Positions 18,789 to 25,474 are shown, counted from the stretch's first letter. The stretch: 64,000 nucleotides of DNA from Candidatus Syntropharchaeum butanivorans (GCA_001766825.1 LYOR01000002.1:129924-193923); one strand, 5' to 3'. Program-made: numbers and translations. Notes: generated by a model not told the origin, from the sequence alone.

Positions 18789-19649
18789 TTATACCCCCAA
18801 ACCCGATCTTATCCCATCAAAGACTGCCAGAAACTGCTCGCGCCATTCATCAATTACTTTGACAAATGGAACACCCCGGGAGTAACTTATGGCAATCTCC
18901 TTCATGTACGGGATCTCAAGAAGGATCTCAATCCCCTCATCTTTGCAGTAATCATAAACCCCTCTGTCACCCATACCGGACCGGTTCACAACAACCCCAA
19001 AGGGGATTCCAAGCTCCCTCATCACCCCAACAGCAAGCTTAAGATCGTACAACCCAAAAGGTGTTGGCTCTGTGACAAGGATGCAGTAATTGCTACCATA
19101 CACAGAATGGATTACAGGACATGAAACACCAGGCGGAGCGTCGATTATGACCGTTTTATCACCATTTAACTCTCTCTTAACAGCCTTTATCAGAAGACTT
19201 GGCATTGGCTCACCGATTGCAAGCTCCCCATAGACCAGATCAATCTCACCACACCGCCCCTTTATAATCCTCCCTATCTCCTTCTCACCCTCCCTGATTG
19301 CACCCTCAGGACATACAAGCACACATCCACCGCATCCATGACAGAGATTGGGAAACAGGATCGTATCACCCTTAAGCCCCTTCTCTGGATGGGGGCCTAT
19401 CACAAAAAGTGCATTGTACGCACAGAACTCGGCACATTTTCTACAGAAGCTGCATCTGCCCTTCTCAATCAGAGGTATCATCGATGAGACGCTCTTTATC
19501 TCTTTTATATCTGGTTTGAGGAAGATATGAGCATCCGGCTCCTCAACATCACAGTCAAGAAGCTGGGCATCTTCGATTGAGAGTGCAAGGTTGACTGCAA
19601 CCGTCGTCTTCCCGGTTCCCCCTTTCCCGGATGCAACAGAGATTATCAT
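18789..19649 (-). CDS. MinD/Mrp-type P-loop ATPase with inserted 2x[4Fe-4S] ferredoxin domain
   Basis: P-loop SGKGGTGKTT. Two cysteine clusters are present: CSFCRKCAEFC and CHGCGGCVLVCP. Confidence 0.8.
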   Translation of the reverse strand: MIISVASGKGGTGKTTVAVNLALSIEDAQLLDCDVEEPDAHIFLKPDIKEIKSVSSMIPLIEKGRCSFCRKCAEFCAYNALFVIGPHPEKGLKGDTILFPNLCHGCGGCVLVCPEGAIREGEKEIGRIIKGRCGEIDLVYGELAIGEPMPSLLIKAVKRELNGDKTVIIDAPPGVSCPVIHSVYGSNYCILVTEPTPFGLYDLKLAVGVMRELGIPFGVVVNRSGMGDRGVYDYCKDEGIEILLEIPYMKEIAISYSRGVPFVKVIDEWREQFLAVFDGIRSGLGV

Positions 19650-19652
19650 GGT

Positions 19653-20198
19653 CTAAAATAGTGGATGAATCTCGTAATATGCATCATCCATACCCGGCCT
19701 TATCCAGGGGCTTATGAGCCCTGCACCCTTGAGCTCTGCGATAAGCGCGCCTGCATCCCTGATCCCAAAACCAGACGCGATATCAGCGATCCTGCTTGCA
19801 GATATCTTTCCCGAGTCAGCAGATCTTCTGATCCTATCGAAAAGAGCGGGCATTATCCCGGACAGAGGATCTTCTATCATTCTGAAGTACTCCCTTATCG
19901 CATACTCCCTATCCCACACACCTGTCTCTACTGCCCTCATCAGAGCAATCCTCACAACATTGGGGATGCTGTATCTACCCCCAAATGAGCGTTCACCACT
20001 CTTCCACGAGAGGCTTTCACCATCAGCCACGATGAGCCTTAAACCCTCTGCCTCGAGTATAACCTCATCTGTCTCCTCCCCAAAGATCTGCTCTATCTCC
20101 TCATGGGTGATTCCGTCCTCTATCGAGTGAAGAAGTGCAGAAATCTCCCTGAAGGACGCTGTAAATCCCCTTAATGCATCTTCAAGTCTGCCTGTCAT
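19653..20198 (-). CDS. Hypothetical protein (~181 aa), operon member
   Basis: The ORF is co-directional and its stop lies 3 nt before the MinD-Fd start. The start is uncertain: ATG at 20198, 20228 or 20273. I recognise no family. Confidence 0.4.
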   Translation of the reverse strand: MTGRLEDALRGFTASFREISALLHSIEDGITHEEIEQIFGEETDEVILEAEGLRLIVADGESLSWKSGERSFGGRYSIPNVVRIALMRAVETGVWDREYAIREYFRMIEDPLSGIMPALFDRIRRSADSGKISASRIADIASGFGIRDAGALIAELKGAGLISPWIRPGMDDAYYEIHPLF

Positions 20199-20469
20199 CA
20201 ATCCCCATCCTGACCCTGTATCCACCATCCTCACTGAAGCTGAGAATGAGGTATGCGCTCCTCCCTCTCCCAATCTCGTCTTCTATCATACTTCGGTATG
20301 CAGGAAGGTTCTCATCCTCAAGAAATCTAAGAAGAATCTCTATCTCCTCTTCTGACTCCCTATCTTCACACCCTGATACCATATACCTATCAACAGCCTT
20401 CCAGTACCGCCTTCTGGCAACAGTCTCGACACACAGGCCTCGTTCTGGCTTTATGATAAGTTCTTTCAT
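20182..20469 (-). CDS. Hypothetical protein (95 aa), operon member
   Basis: ATGA overlap with the upstream NifX-like stop (20466-20469). I recognise no family. Confidence 0.4.
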   Translation of the reverse strand: MKELIIKPERGLCVETVARRRYWKAVDRYMVSGCEDRESEEEIEILLRFLEDENLPAYRSMIEDEIGRGRSAYLILSFSEDGGYRVRMGIDDRQT

Positions 20470-20834
20470 ATCATACCGTGCCTGTGTTCCCTGCAGGCGT
20501 ACTCATAGCTTGCCGGCATGAGCCGCCCTTCCTGCCATGATCTTATCGCATCTCTCACTCTTCCAGACGCGCCGATATAGACCTCAATCCCAAACCTCTC
20601 AAACATACCTATCGCCCTTGGACCAAGCCCTGAACAGAGCATAACTTCAACCCCCTCTTTCGAGAGCATCTCTGGGGGATATCCGACACCTCCGAAGTGC
20701 TCGCTTGTATTTGATACCACCTTAACCTCTCCGCTCTCAAGATCAAGAATCGTGAACGTCGGCGCACGTCCAAAGTGCTCACATACTATATCATCCAGTC
20801 CGGCATCCCCATAGGTAGGCACACACACCTTCAT
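20466..20834 (-). CDS. NifX/NifB-C-terminal-like (dinitrogenase FeMo-cofactor biosynthesis fold) protein
   Basis: MKVCVPTYGDAGLDDIVCEHFGRAPTFTILDLESGEV...GVEVMLCSGLGPRAIGMFERFGIEVY matches the family pattern. A GGAGGTGA SD precedes the ATG at 20834. Confidence 0.75.
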   Translation of the reverse strand: MKVCVPTYGDAGLDDIVCEHFGRAPTFTILDLESGEVKVVSNTSEHFGGVGYPPEMLSKEGVEVMLCSGLGPRAIGMFERFGIEVYIGASGRVRDAIRSWQEGRLMPASYEYACREHRHGMI

Positions 20835-20839
20835 CAAGC

Positions 20840-21277
20840 TCACCTCCCAATCCTTCCTTCTAACCATCCGATCTTGACATCATCCACACCATCAAACGCA
20901 GGCACAAACGGCTTTATATCAATGAGTGGTGTTCCATCAACGAGATCTAACCCTCTAACCTTAAGTACATTATCCATCCTCTCAAGAAGCCTCACGATGG
21001 AGAGGCCTATGGGGTTTGGTCGATGTGGGGATCTTGTCGCAAAGACCCCATGCGGCCTTGCGTCCCATGGCGTTCTCACCATAAGTTTATACCCATCCGA
21101 TCTATCCAGCCAACAGAGAAGGATCAGATGCGAGAATCCCTCAACATCGGTTAACCCTTCCTCAAACTCCCTGAAGACCTCAACCTCACCTACCGTATCT
21201 GTGCCTGCACCCTGACGTGGACACTCAAGAACTGTCTTATAAGGGGTGTGGATTGTCCCGATCGGTTCAACCTCCAC
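20840..21277 (-). CDS. TsaA/TrmO-like (UPF0066) SAM-dependent methyltransferase-fold protein
   Basis: IGTIHTPYK...CPRQG...GFSHLILLCW...GVFATRSPHRPNPIGLSIVRLL...LDLVDGTPLIDIKP. Confidence 0.75.
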   Translation of the reverse strand: MEVEPIGTIHTPYKTVLECPRQGAGTDTVGEVEVFREFEEGLTDVEGFSHLILLCWLDRSDGYKLMVRTPWDARPHGVFATRSPHRPNPIGLSIVRLLERMDNVLKVRGLDLVDGTPLIDIKPFVPAFDGVDDVKIGWLEGRIGR

Positions 21278-21713
21278 CCTTTCTCCTCCTGTAATCTGCT
21301 ATCGCCTCTTTGAGTGTGTTTACCGCAAGCACAGGGCAGTGGAGATGTTCTTCTGGGAGATCACCAAGAACCGAGAGTATCTCCTCATCGTTGAGCCGGG
21401 ATGCCTCCTCGACCGTCTTACCCCTGATGAGCTCAGTCAGCACAGAGCCACATGCAATCGTGGGTCCACACCCATCTGTGAGAAACCTGGCCTCGATGAT
21501 CCTCTCATCCTCAATCTTGAGGTATATCTCCATCGTATCACCGCATGGACCTGTTATCCGCGAAGCCCCATCCGGATCTTCGATCATCCCCACATTCTTC
21601 GGGTTCAAAGCCTCCTCAACCACCCGTTCACTGAAAATCTCCAGCGCATCTCGGATTATTGCCTGCTGAATATCATCCACAAGCTCATCGAGAGTTGAGA
21701 CTTTCTCGGCCAT
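21267..21713 (-). CDS. NifU-N/IscU-like Fe-S cluster scaffold protein
   Basis: Conserved cysteines in GPCGD, GCGPTIACGS and HLHCPVLA. I chose the ATG at 21713 (MAEKVSTLDEL); the track starts at TTG 21752. Confidence 0.75.
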   Translation of the reverse strand: MAEKVSTLDELVDDIQQAIIRDALEIFSERVVEEALNPKNVGMIEDPDGASRITGPCGDTMEIYLKIEDERIIEARFLTDGCGPTIACGSVLTELIRGKTVEEASRLNDEEILSVLGDLPEEHLHCPVLAVNTLKEAIADYRRRKGGG

Positions 21714-21741
21714 CGCAACACCACGTGAAAGCTTCAACTCC

Positions 21742-22101
21742 CTACTTTCCAAGCTCCTCCAGCCGCTTTTTTATCTCTGCAAGCCGTTGCTCTATCATCC
21801 TCGCCTCTGCTTCGAGCATCTGGATCTCCTGCCCCTCTGTGAAAGTACCCGGGCCAAAGAACGGCGCAGAGAAAGCACCAAAACGAGGTCTAAAGTCCCT
21901 GCATGCCTCACTCATGGGATCTACCTCTTTATCCTTGAGAGAGCATCTGTTGGGTGGGACAAAGTATGCACAGGCACCGTGTGTGGCAGGAGGTACCTGT
22001 ACTCCTGGAGATACCCCTCCCCAGCCGGGAGAGTAACCAAATCTCATCCAGCCTGGGAGCCCTGTCATGTAGTACATATTTCTCCATCTGTATCCTGCCA
22101 T
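21742..22101 (-). CDS. DUF5320-like small protein, paralog a (aromatic/Gly/Pro-rich N-half, coiled-coil tail)
   Basis: MAGYRWRNMYYMTGLPGWMRFGYSPGW... and ...EIQMLEAEARMIEQRLAEIKKRLEEL. A GGAGGTGATGAGAAG SD is identical to that of paralog b. Confidence 0.7.
   Translation of the reverse strand: MAGYRWRNMYYMTGLPGWMRFGYSPGWGGVSPGVQVPPATHGACAYFVPPNRCSLKDKEVDPMSEACRDFRPRFGAFSAPFFGPGTFTEGQEIQMLEAEARMIEQRLAEIKKRLEELGK
21751..21832. repeat. 82-bp direct repeat copy A (coiled-coil coding tail)
   Basis: Identical to 22556-22637 except for one mismatch (21811 t versus 22616 c). Confidence 0.9.
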
Positions 22102-22117
22102 CTTCTCATCACCTCCT
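22074..22117. repeat. 44-bp direct repeat (SD + first 9 codons) copy A
   Basis: acatatttctccatctgtatcctgccatcttctcatcacctcct is identical to 22825-22868. Confidence 0.9.
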
Positions 22118-22123
22118 TTTTCT

Positions 22124-22291
22124 TTACGGTCTTACCATCCTTGATCCACACTTCGGACAGATCTCTTCATAGCACGGTACACCACGCTTGTGTGGAACGG
22201 TGGTTCCACAGCTTGGACACTTACACTCACCCCCGGGTCCAAGCCCTCTTCCACCCATTCTCCCCCGTCCTCCTCTACCCATTCCTGCCAT
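22124..22291 (-). CDS. Small (55 aa) Gly/Arg-rich zinc-ribbon protein, not in ORF track
   Basis: Hand translation codon by codon gives MAGMGRGGRGRMGGRGLGPGGECKCPSCGTTVPHKRGVPCYEEICPKCGSRMVRP*. It has two CxxC pairs. Its ATG (22291-22289) directly abuts the TGA (22294-22292) of the upstream ORF in the same frame. Its stop is 22 nt before the paralog a start. Confidence 0.65.
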   Translation of the reverse strand: MAGMGRGGRGRMGGRGLGPGGECKCPSCGTTVPHKRGVPCYEEICPKCGSRMVRP

Positions 22292-22468
22292 TCAGTACCA
22301 CCACCTGTACCAGTACAGGTGCCAGTATGGCAGGGGCATACCATACCAGGTGGTGCCGAACCCATAACCTCTCCACCACCACCTGGGAAGCCAGGGGAAT
22401 ACCCTGCAGAATGGATAGGGGTTGCCCCTCCACCCTCTTGCAGGCCACCAGAATCCTCTTCCAAACAC
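22292..22468 (-). CDS. Trp/Tyr/Arg/Gly/Pro-rich small protein (58 aa)
   Basis: VFGRGFWWPARGWRGNPYPFCRVFPWLPRWWWRGYGFGTTWYGMPLPYWHLYWYRWWY has 12 Trp in 58 residues. A GGAGGTGA SD lies 5 nt before GTG 22468. An alternative +1 frame (22132-22464) is also open, so the frame call is tentative. Confidence 0.4.
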   Translation of the reverse strand: MFGRGFWWPARGWRGNPYPFCRVFPWLPRWWWRGYGFGTTWYGMPLPYWHLYWYRWWY

Positions 22469-22546
22469 TTTTATCACCTCCTCAATCTACCAATACCAAA
22501 CCTCGTGTCAACCTCTCAGGATCGCCGGCCACCGCCGGAGAGATTC

Positions 22547-22852
22547 TCATCCTTTAAGCTCCTCCAGCCGCTTTTTTATCTCTGCAAGCCGTTGCTCTAT
22601 CATCCTCGCCTCTGCCTCGAGCATCTGGATCTCCTGCTCCTTTGTCACCCCTGCAGGCGCCATTGGTACCGCTGGTGGAGCCCACCCTGGAGCCTGCTGC
22701 TGCATCCACGCCATAAACCCGGGAATCTGCCCGGTCTGGCTCAGATACTGAGCCGCTGGAGGTAACCCTCCCCAGCCTGGAGAATAACCAAACCTCACCC
22801 ATCCAGGCAATCCTGTAAGGTAATACATATTTCTCCATCTGTATCCTGCCAT
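22547..22852 (-). CDS. DUF5320-like small protein, paralog b
   Basis: MAGYRWRNMYYLTGLPGWVRFGYSPGW...EIQMLEAEARMIEQRLAEIKKRLEELKG. Its 5' 44 nt and 3' 82 nt are (near-)identical to paralog a. Confidence 0.7.
   Translation of the reverse strand: MAGYRWRNMYYLTGLPGWVRFGYSPGWGGLPPAAQYLSQTGQIPGFMAWMQQQAPGWAPPAVPMAPAGVTKEQEIQMLEAEARMIEQRLAEIKKRLEELKG
22556..22637. repeat. 82-bp direct repeat copy B
   Basis: See copy A. Its first 28 nt recur at 23375-23402. Confidence 0.9.
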
Positions 22853-22868
22853 CTTCTCATCACCTCCT
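22825..22868. repeat. 44-bp direct repeat copy B
   Basis: Identical to 22074-22117. Confidence 0.9.
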
Positions 22869-23369
22869 GATCCTCTTTTTTATATCCTCAAGCTCATCTT
22901 CAAGCCTCTTTACCCGTTCAAGCAGATCATCCACATCTCTGCTTGCCATAGATGCCTGCTGCTCGATGTTAACCCTTCTACCCATCCCGCGCGTTCCAGG
23001 AGAGGTCCCCATCCCGAAGTGCCCCGGGACTGTTGCACCACCGGTCTCAAGAAGCTCCCCACGCTTATACATGTCGATTGCATCCCTGACCGTACCGTAG
23101 GCACCTGTTACAACCTTCACACCCGCAGCAGATAGTGTCTGGAACGCATTTGGTCCGATGTTCCCAGAGATGAGCACGTCCACACCTTTATTGACGATTG
23201 TCTGCGCTGCCTGAATCCCTGCACCACTTGCAGCCCCCACACTCTCATTGGGAACTGCCTCAAACGCCATGGTATCCGGATCAACGATCACAAAGTACCC
23301 GCATCTTCCAAACCTCGGGTCAACCTCTGCGTCAAGATCGCCGGCCACCGCGGTCACACATATCTTCAT
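22860..23369 (-). CDS. NifX/NifB-C-like protein fused to a Gly/Arg linker and DUF5320-like coiled-coil tail
   Basis: The N-terminal ~115 aa is MKICVTAVAGDLDAEVDPRFGRCGYFVIVD...GVDVLISGNIGPNAFQTLSAAGVKVV. The tail is GHFGMGTSPGTRGMGRR...DVDDLLERVKRLEDELEDIKKRIRR. ATGA overlap with the upstream stop. Confidence 0.75.
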   Translation of the reverse strand: MKICVTAVAGDLDAEVDPRFGRCGYFVIVDPDTMAFEAVPNESVGAASGAGIQAAQTIVNKGVDVLISGNIGPNAFQTLSAAGVKVVTGAYGTVRDAIDMYKRGELLETGGATVPGHFGMGTSPGTRGMGRRVNIEQQASMASRDVDDLLERVKRLEDELEDIKKRIRR

Positions 23370-23602
23370 CCTTTAAGCTCCTCCAGCCGCTTTTTTATCT
23401 CTCCAACCCGCTCTTCAAGGACCTTAAGCTCTCTCTCAAGAGCCTCTCTCTCATCCGACGGGCTTGGCCAGCCATATGGATATGGCATCACCTCATAGGG
23501 TTCTGGTATCCAGAGCCATGCATGAGGGCCAAACCCACACCTGCAAGGACCTCTTACCCAGACCACCCACATCACCTCAAGTGAATATACATTCATAATC
23601 AC
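23366..23602 (-). CDS. DUF5320-like small protein, paralog c (divergent aromatic N-half, same coiled-coil tail)
   Basis: ...MWVVWVRGPCRCGFGPHAWLWIPEPYEVMPYPYGWPSPSDEREALERELKVLEERVGEIKKRLEELKG. The last 28 nt of coding sequence are identical to paralogs a and b. The start may be the ATG at 23572 rather than 23602. Confidence 0.55.
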   Translation of the reverse strand: MIMNVYSLEVMWVVWVRGPCRCGFGPHAWLWIPEPYEVMPYPYGWPSPSDEREALERELKVLEERVGEIKKRLEELKG

Positions 23603-24010
23603 TTAAACCTTTCGGTGGGGTGGGCCTCTTCCCCCCTCCCGGGCCACGGAGGATACGCTTATACCACCACATATGGGACACCTCTCAAGAGGAGCTCCCC
23701 ACTCACTTCTGCAGTCATAACAGAGGTTTCTGAATCTGTAGTCCCCTCCACTCACCCGTATAGCCTTTCCATCAACAAGGGCCTCTGCTACCTTTCTTCG
23801 GGCCTCTTTCAGGATCCTGTGAAACGTCGGCTGGGAGATATCCATCAGCTTAGCTGCCTCGATCTGATCGAGTTGGAGAAGGTCCTTGAGCCTCAGACTC
23901 TCAAGCTCCTCTATCTTAAGCACGATCTCCCCCTTTGCCCTCCCCCCTGGCCTGAAGTACCTGAAATCAGGATGAAAGCCCACCCGTCTGCATCGCCTCG
24001 GTCTCGGCAT
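23603..24010 (-). CDS. DUF134 (UPF0251) putative DNA-binding protein with C-terminal zinc ribbon
   Basis: MPRPRRCRRVGFHPDFRYFRPGG is a DUF134 signature. An HTH-like segment is QIEAAKLMDISQPTFHRILKEARRKV. The C-terminus has CYDC...CPICGG. I chose the ATG at 24010. Confidence 0.75.
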   Translation of the reverse strand: MPRPRRCRRVGFHPDFRYFRPGGRAKGEIVLKIEELESLRLKDLLQLDQIEAAKLMDISQPTFHRILKEARRKVAEALVDGKAIRVSGGDYRFRNLCYDCRSEWGAPLERCPICGGISVSSVAREGGRGPPHRKV

Positions 24011-24133
24011 ATATGAATTTATATCCATAATAGCATTAAAGCTTGTCCCGGGTCTCTTCAGAAGCGTGTTTCAGGGTGAAGCCAGTAAACTTCTTAGGCT
24101 ACCATGCAGTAAGAAGATGGGGAGAGCTGGTCC
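24011..24133. promoter_or_regulatory. Divergent promoter region between the DUF134 operon and the PurM-like gene
   Basis: 123-bp gap. On the minus strand a TATA-like ttaatgctattat lies ~25-35 nt upstream of ATG 24010, which would give a short-leader or leaderless mRNA. Confidence 0.3.
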
Positions 24134-25474
24134 ATGGATCTTGAAGGGTATGCTAAAAGGATGCTCAGAGAGGGTATTGACCGGGAGGTTATCAAAGAAA
24201 AGCTTTTTCAGCGGGTTATTGAGGTAAAAAGAGATCGTATAGGTGAAGAAGAGGCGATAAATCTTGTTGAGGCCGTGATCAGGGAGGCATCCCTGACACT
24301 TGAACCCGGAGATGACCTGCTGAAATTCCCGGTCTCAGGCGTTACGATGGGGGAGCTTGGGGTTGGGTCAAGAGGCAGTGGAGATTTTTACTTCCATGAG
24401 AAGATAGGAGAGCTTCTGGGGGAGGGAGGGGCACTTATCGATTCGAGCATGCTTGATGATTCAGGTGTTGTTAAAGCCCGAGGTGAGCTGATTGTTCTCA
24501 CCGTTGATGGAATACACTCACGGCTCAGCGATTTTCCATTTATCGCAGGCTTTCACGTGGCCCGTGCAGCGCTCAGAGACATCTATGCTATGGGAGGGGT
24601 GCCGGTCGCTCTTGCATCAGATATACATCTCGCAGATGATGGTGATATCGGAAAGGTACTCGATCATATAGGGGGTATCGCGGCGGTATCAGAGCTTACG
24701 GGGGTCCCGCTCATAACAGGGAGTACGCTCAGAATCGGTGGTGATATGGTCATAGGAGATCGGATGACAGGTGCGGTTACAGCAGTCGGTATTGCAGATG
24801 TGATTACACCGAGAAAAGAGGCCAGAATCGGGGATCTGATCCTGATGAGTGAGGGTGCGGGTGGGGGGACGATTTCCACAGCGGCTCTCTACCATGGGGA
24901 GGAGGAGGTTGTCTGGGAGACGATGAATGTGAAGTTTATCGATGCATGCAGAACGCTCATCGATCATGGGCTTCTCAGTGAGATTCATTCGATGACCGAT
25001 GTTACAAATGGCGGAATAAGAGGGGATGCTGCTGAGATCGCAAAGGTTGCAGGGGTTAAGCTCCGCTTCTATGAGGATAAAATCAGATCGCTCGTAAACC
25101 CACGCGTTCTCAAACTTCTTGAAAAGTACGAGATAGACTATCTTGGGGTATCTCTTGATGCACTTCTTGTGATATGCCCTGAGGATGTTGCAGATCGCGT
25201 GCTTGGGACTGTGCGGGCTGCAGGTGTTAGAATGGACATTGTCGGAGAGGTTATCGAGGGCAAGGGATCAAGAATCGTTATAGACGGTGAGGAGCGGGAT
25301 TTTTCCCCAAAATTCAGGGAATCTGCCTACACACCCATCAAGAAGGTCGTTGGGGAAAGGGCATCTCGTGACTTTGAAGAGATGAAACGGAGTGTTGATC
25401 GGGTGGCAGGAGAAGTAAGAAGGAAGAAGGATTGGGTTGTTCGCAGGATCAGGGAGGCGAAAAATGGTTTATGA
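24134..25474 (+). CDS. AIR synthase-related protein (PurM/HypE/ThiL/SelD superfamily)
   Basis: LDDSGVV...DGIHS..., DIYAMGGVPVALASDI and MTDVTNGGIRGD are PurM-superfamily N- and C-domain motifs. Confidence 0.7.
   Translation: MDLEGYAKRMLREGIDREVIKEKLFQRVIEVKRDRIGEEEAINLVEAVIREASLTLEPGDDLLKFPVSGVTMGELGVGSRGSGDFYFHEKIGELLGEGGALIDSSMLDDSGVVKARGELIVLTVDGIHSRLSDFPFIAGFHVARAALRDIYAMGGVPVALASDIHLADDGDIGKVLDHIGGIAAVSELTGVPLITGSTLRIGGDMVIGDRMTGAVTAVGIADVITPRKEARIGDLILMSEGAGGGTISTAALYHGEEEVVWETMNVKFIDACRTLIDHGLLSEIHSMTDVTNGGIRGDAAEIAKVAGVKLRFYEDKIRSLVNPRVLKLLEKYEIDYLGVSLDALLVICPEDVADRVLGTVRAAGVRMDIVGEVIEGKGSRIVIDGEERDFSPKFRESAYTPIKKVVGERASRDFEEMKRSVDRVAGEVRRKKDWVVRRIREAKNGL

Noticed and set aside
22292-22294. 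TGA between the Trp-rich ORF and the zinc-ribbon ORF, considered as a possible selenocysteine codon.
   Set aside because: I see no SECIS-like structure, and an ATG follows immediately. An ordinary stop with coupled reinitiation is more likely. Readthrough is left as an open possibility in the findings.
22132-22464. Alternative +1 frame ORF (110 aa, MEEDSGGLQEGGGATP...) across the same DNA as the Trp-rich and zinc-ribbon ORFs.
   Set aside because: It would destroy the clear 4-Cys zinc-ribbon reading. It has only a TTG start without better context. It ends in non-descript sequence. I kept it only as a caveat on the frame call.
21787-22765. Long + strand ORFs 21787-22557 (256 aa) and 22190-22765 (191 aa), Pro/Ser/His-rich.
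   Set aside because: They are antisense to the small-protein genes. Their composition is a mirror image of Gly/Trp/Arg-rich coding sequence, and they have no SD or start context.
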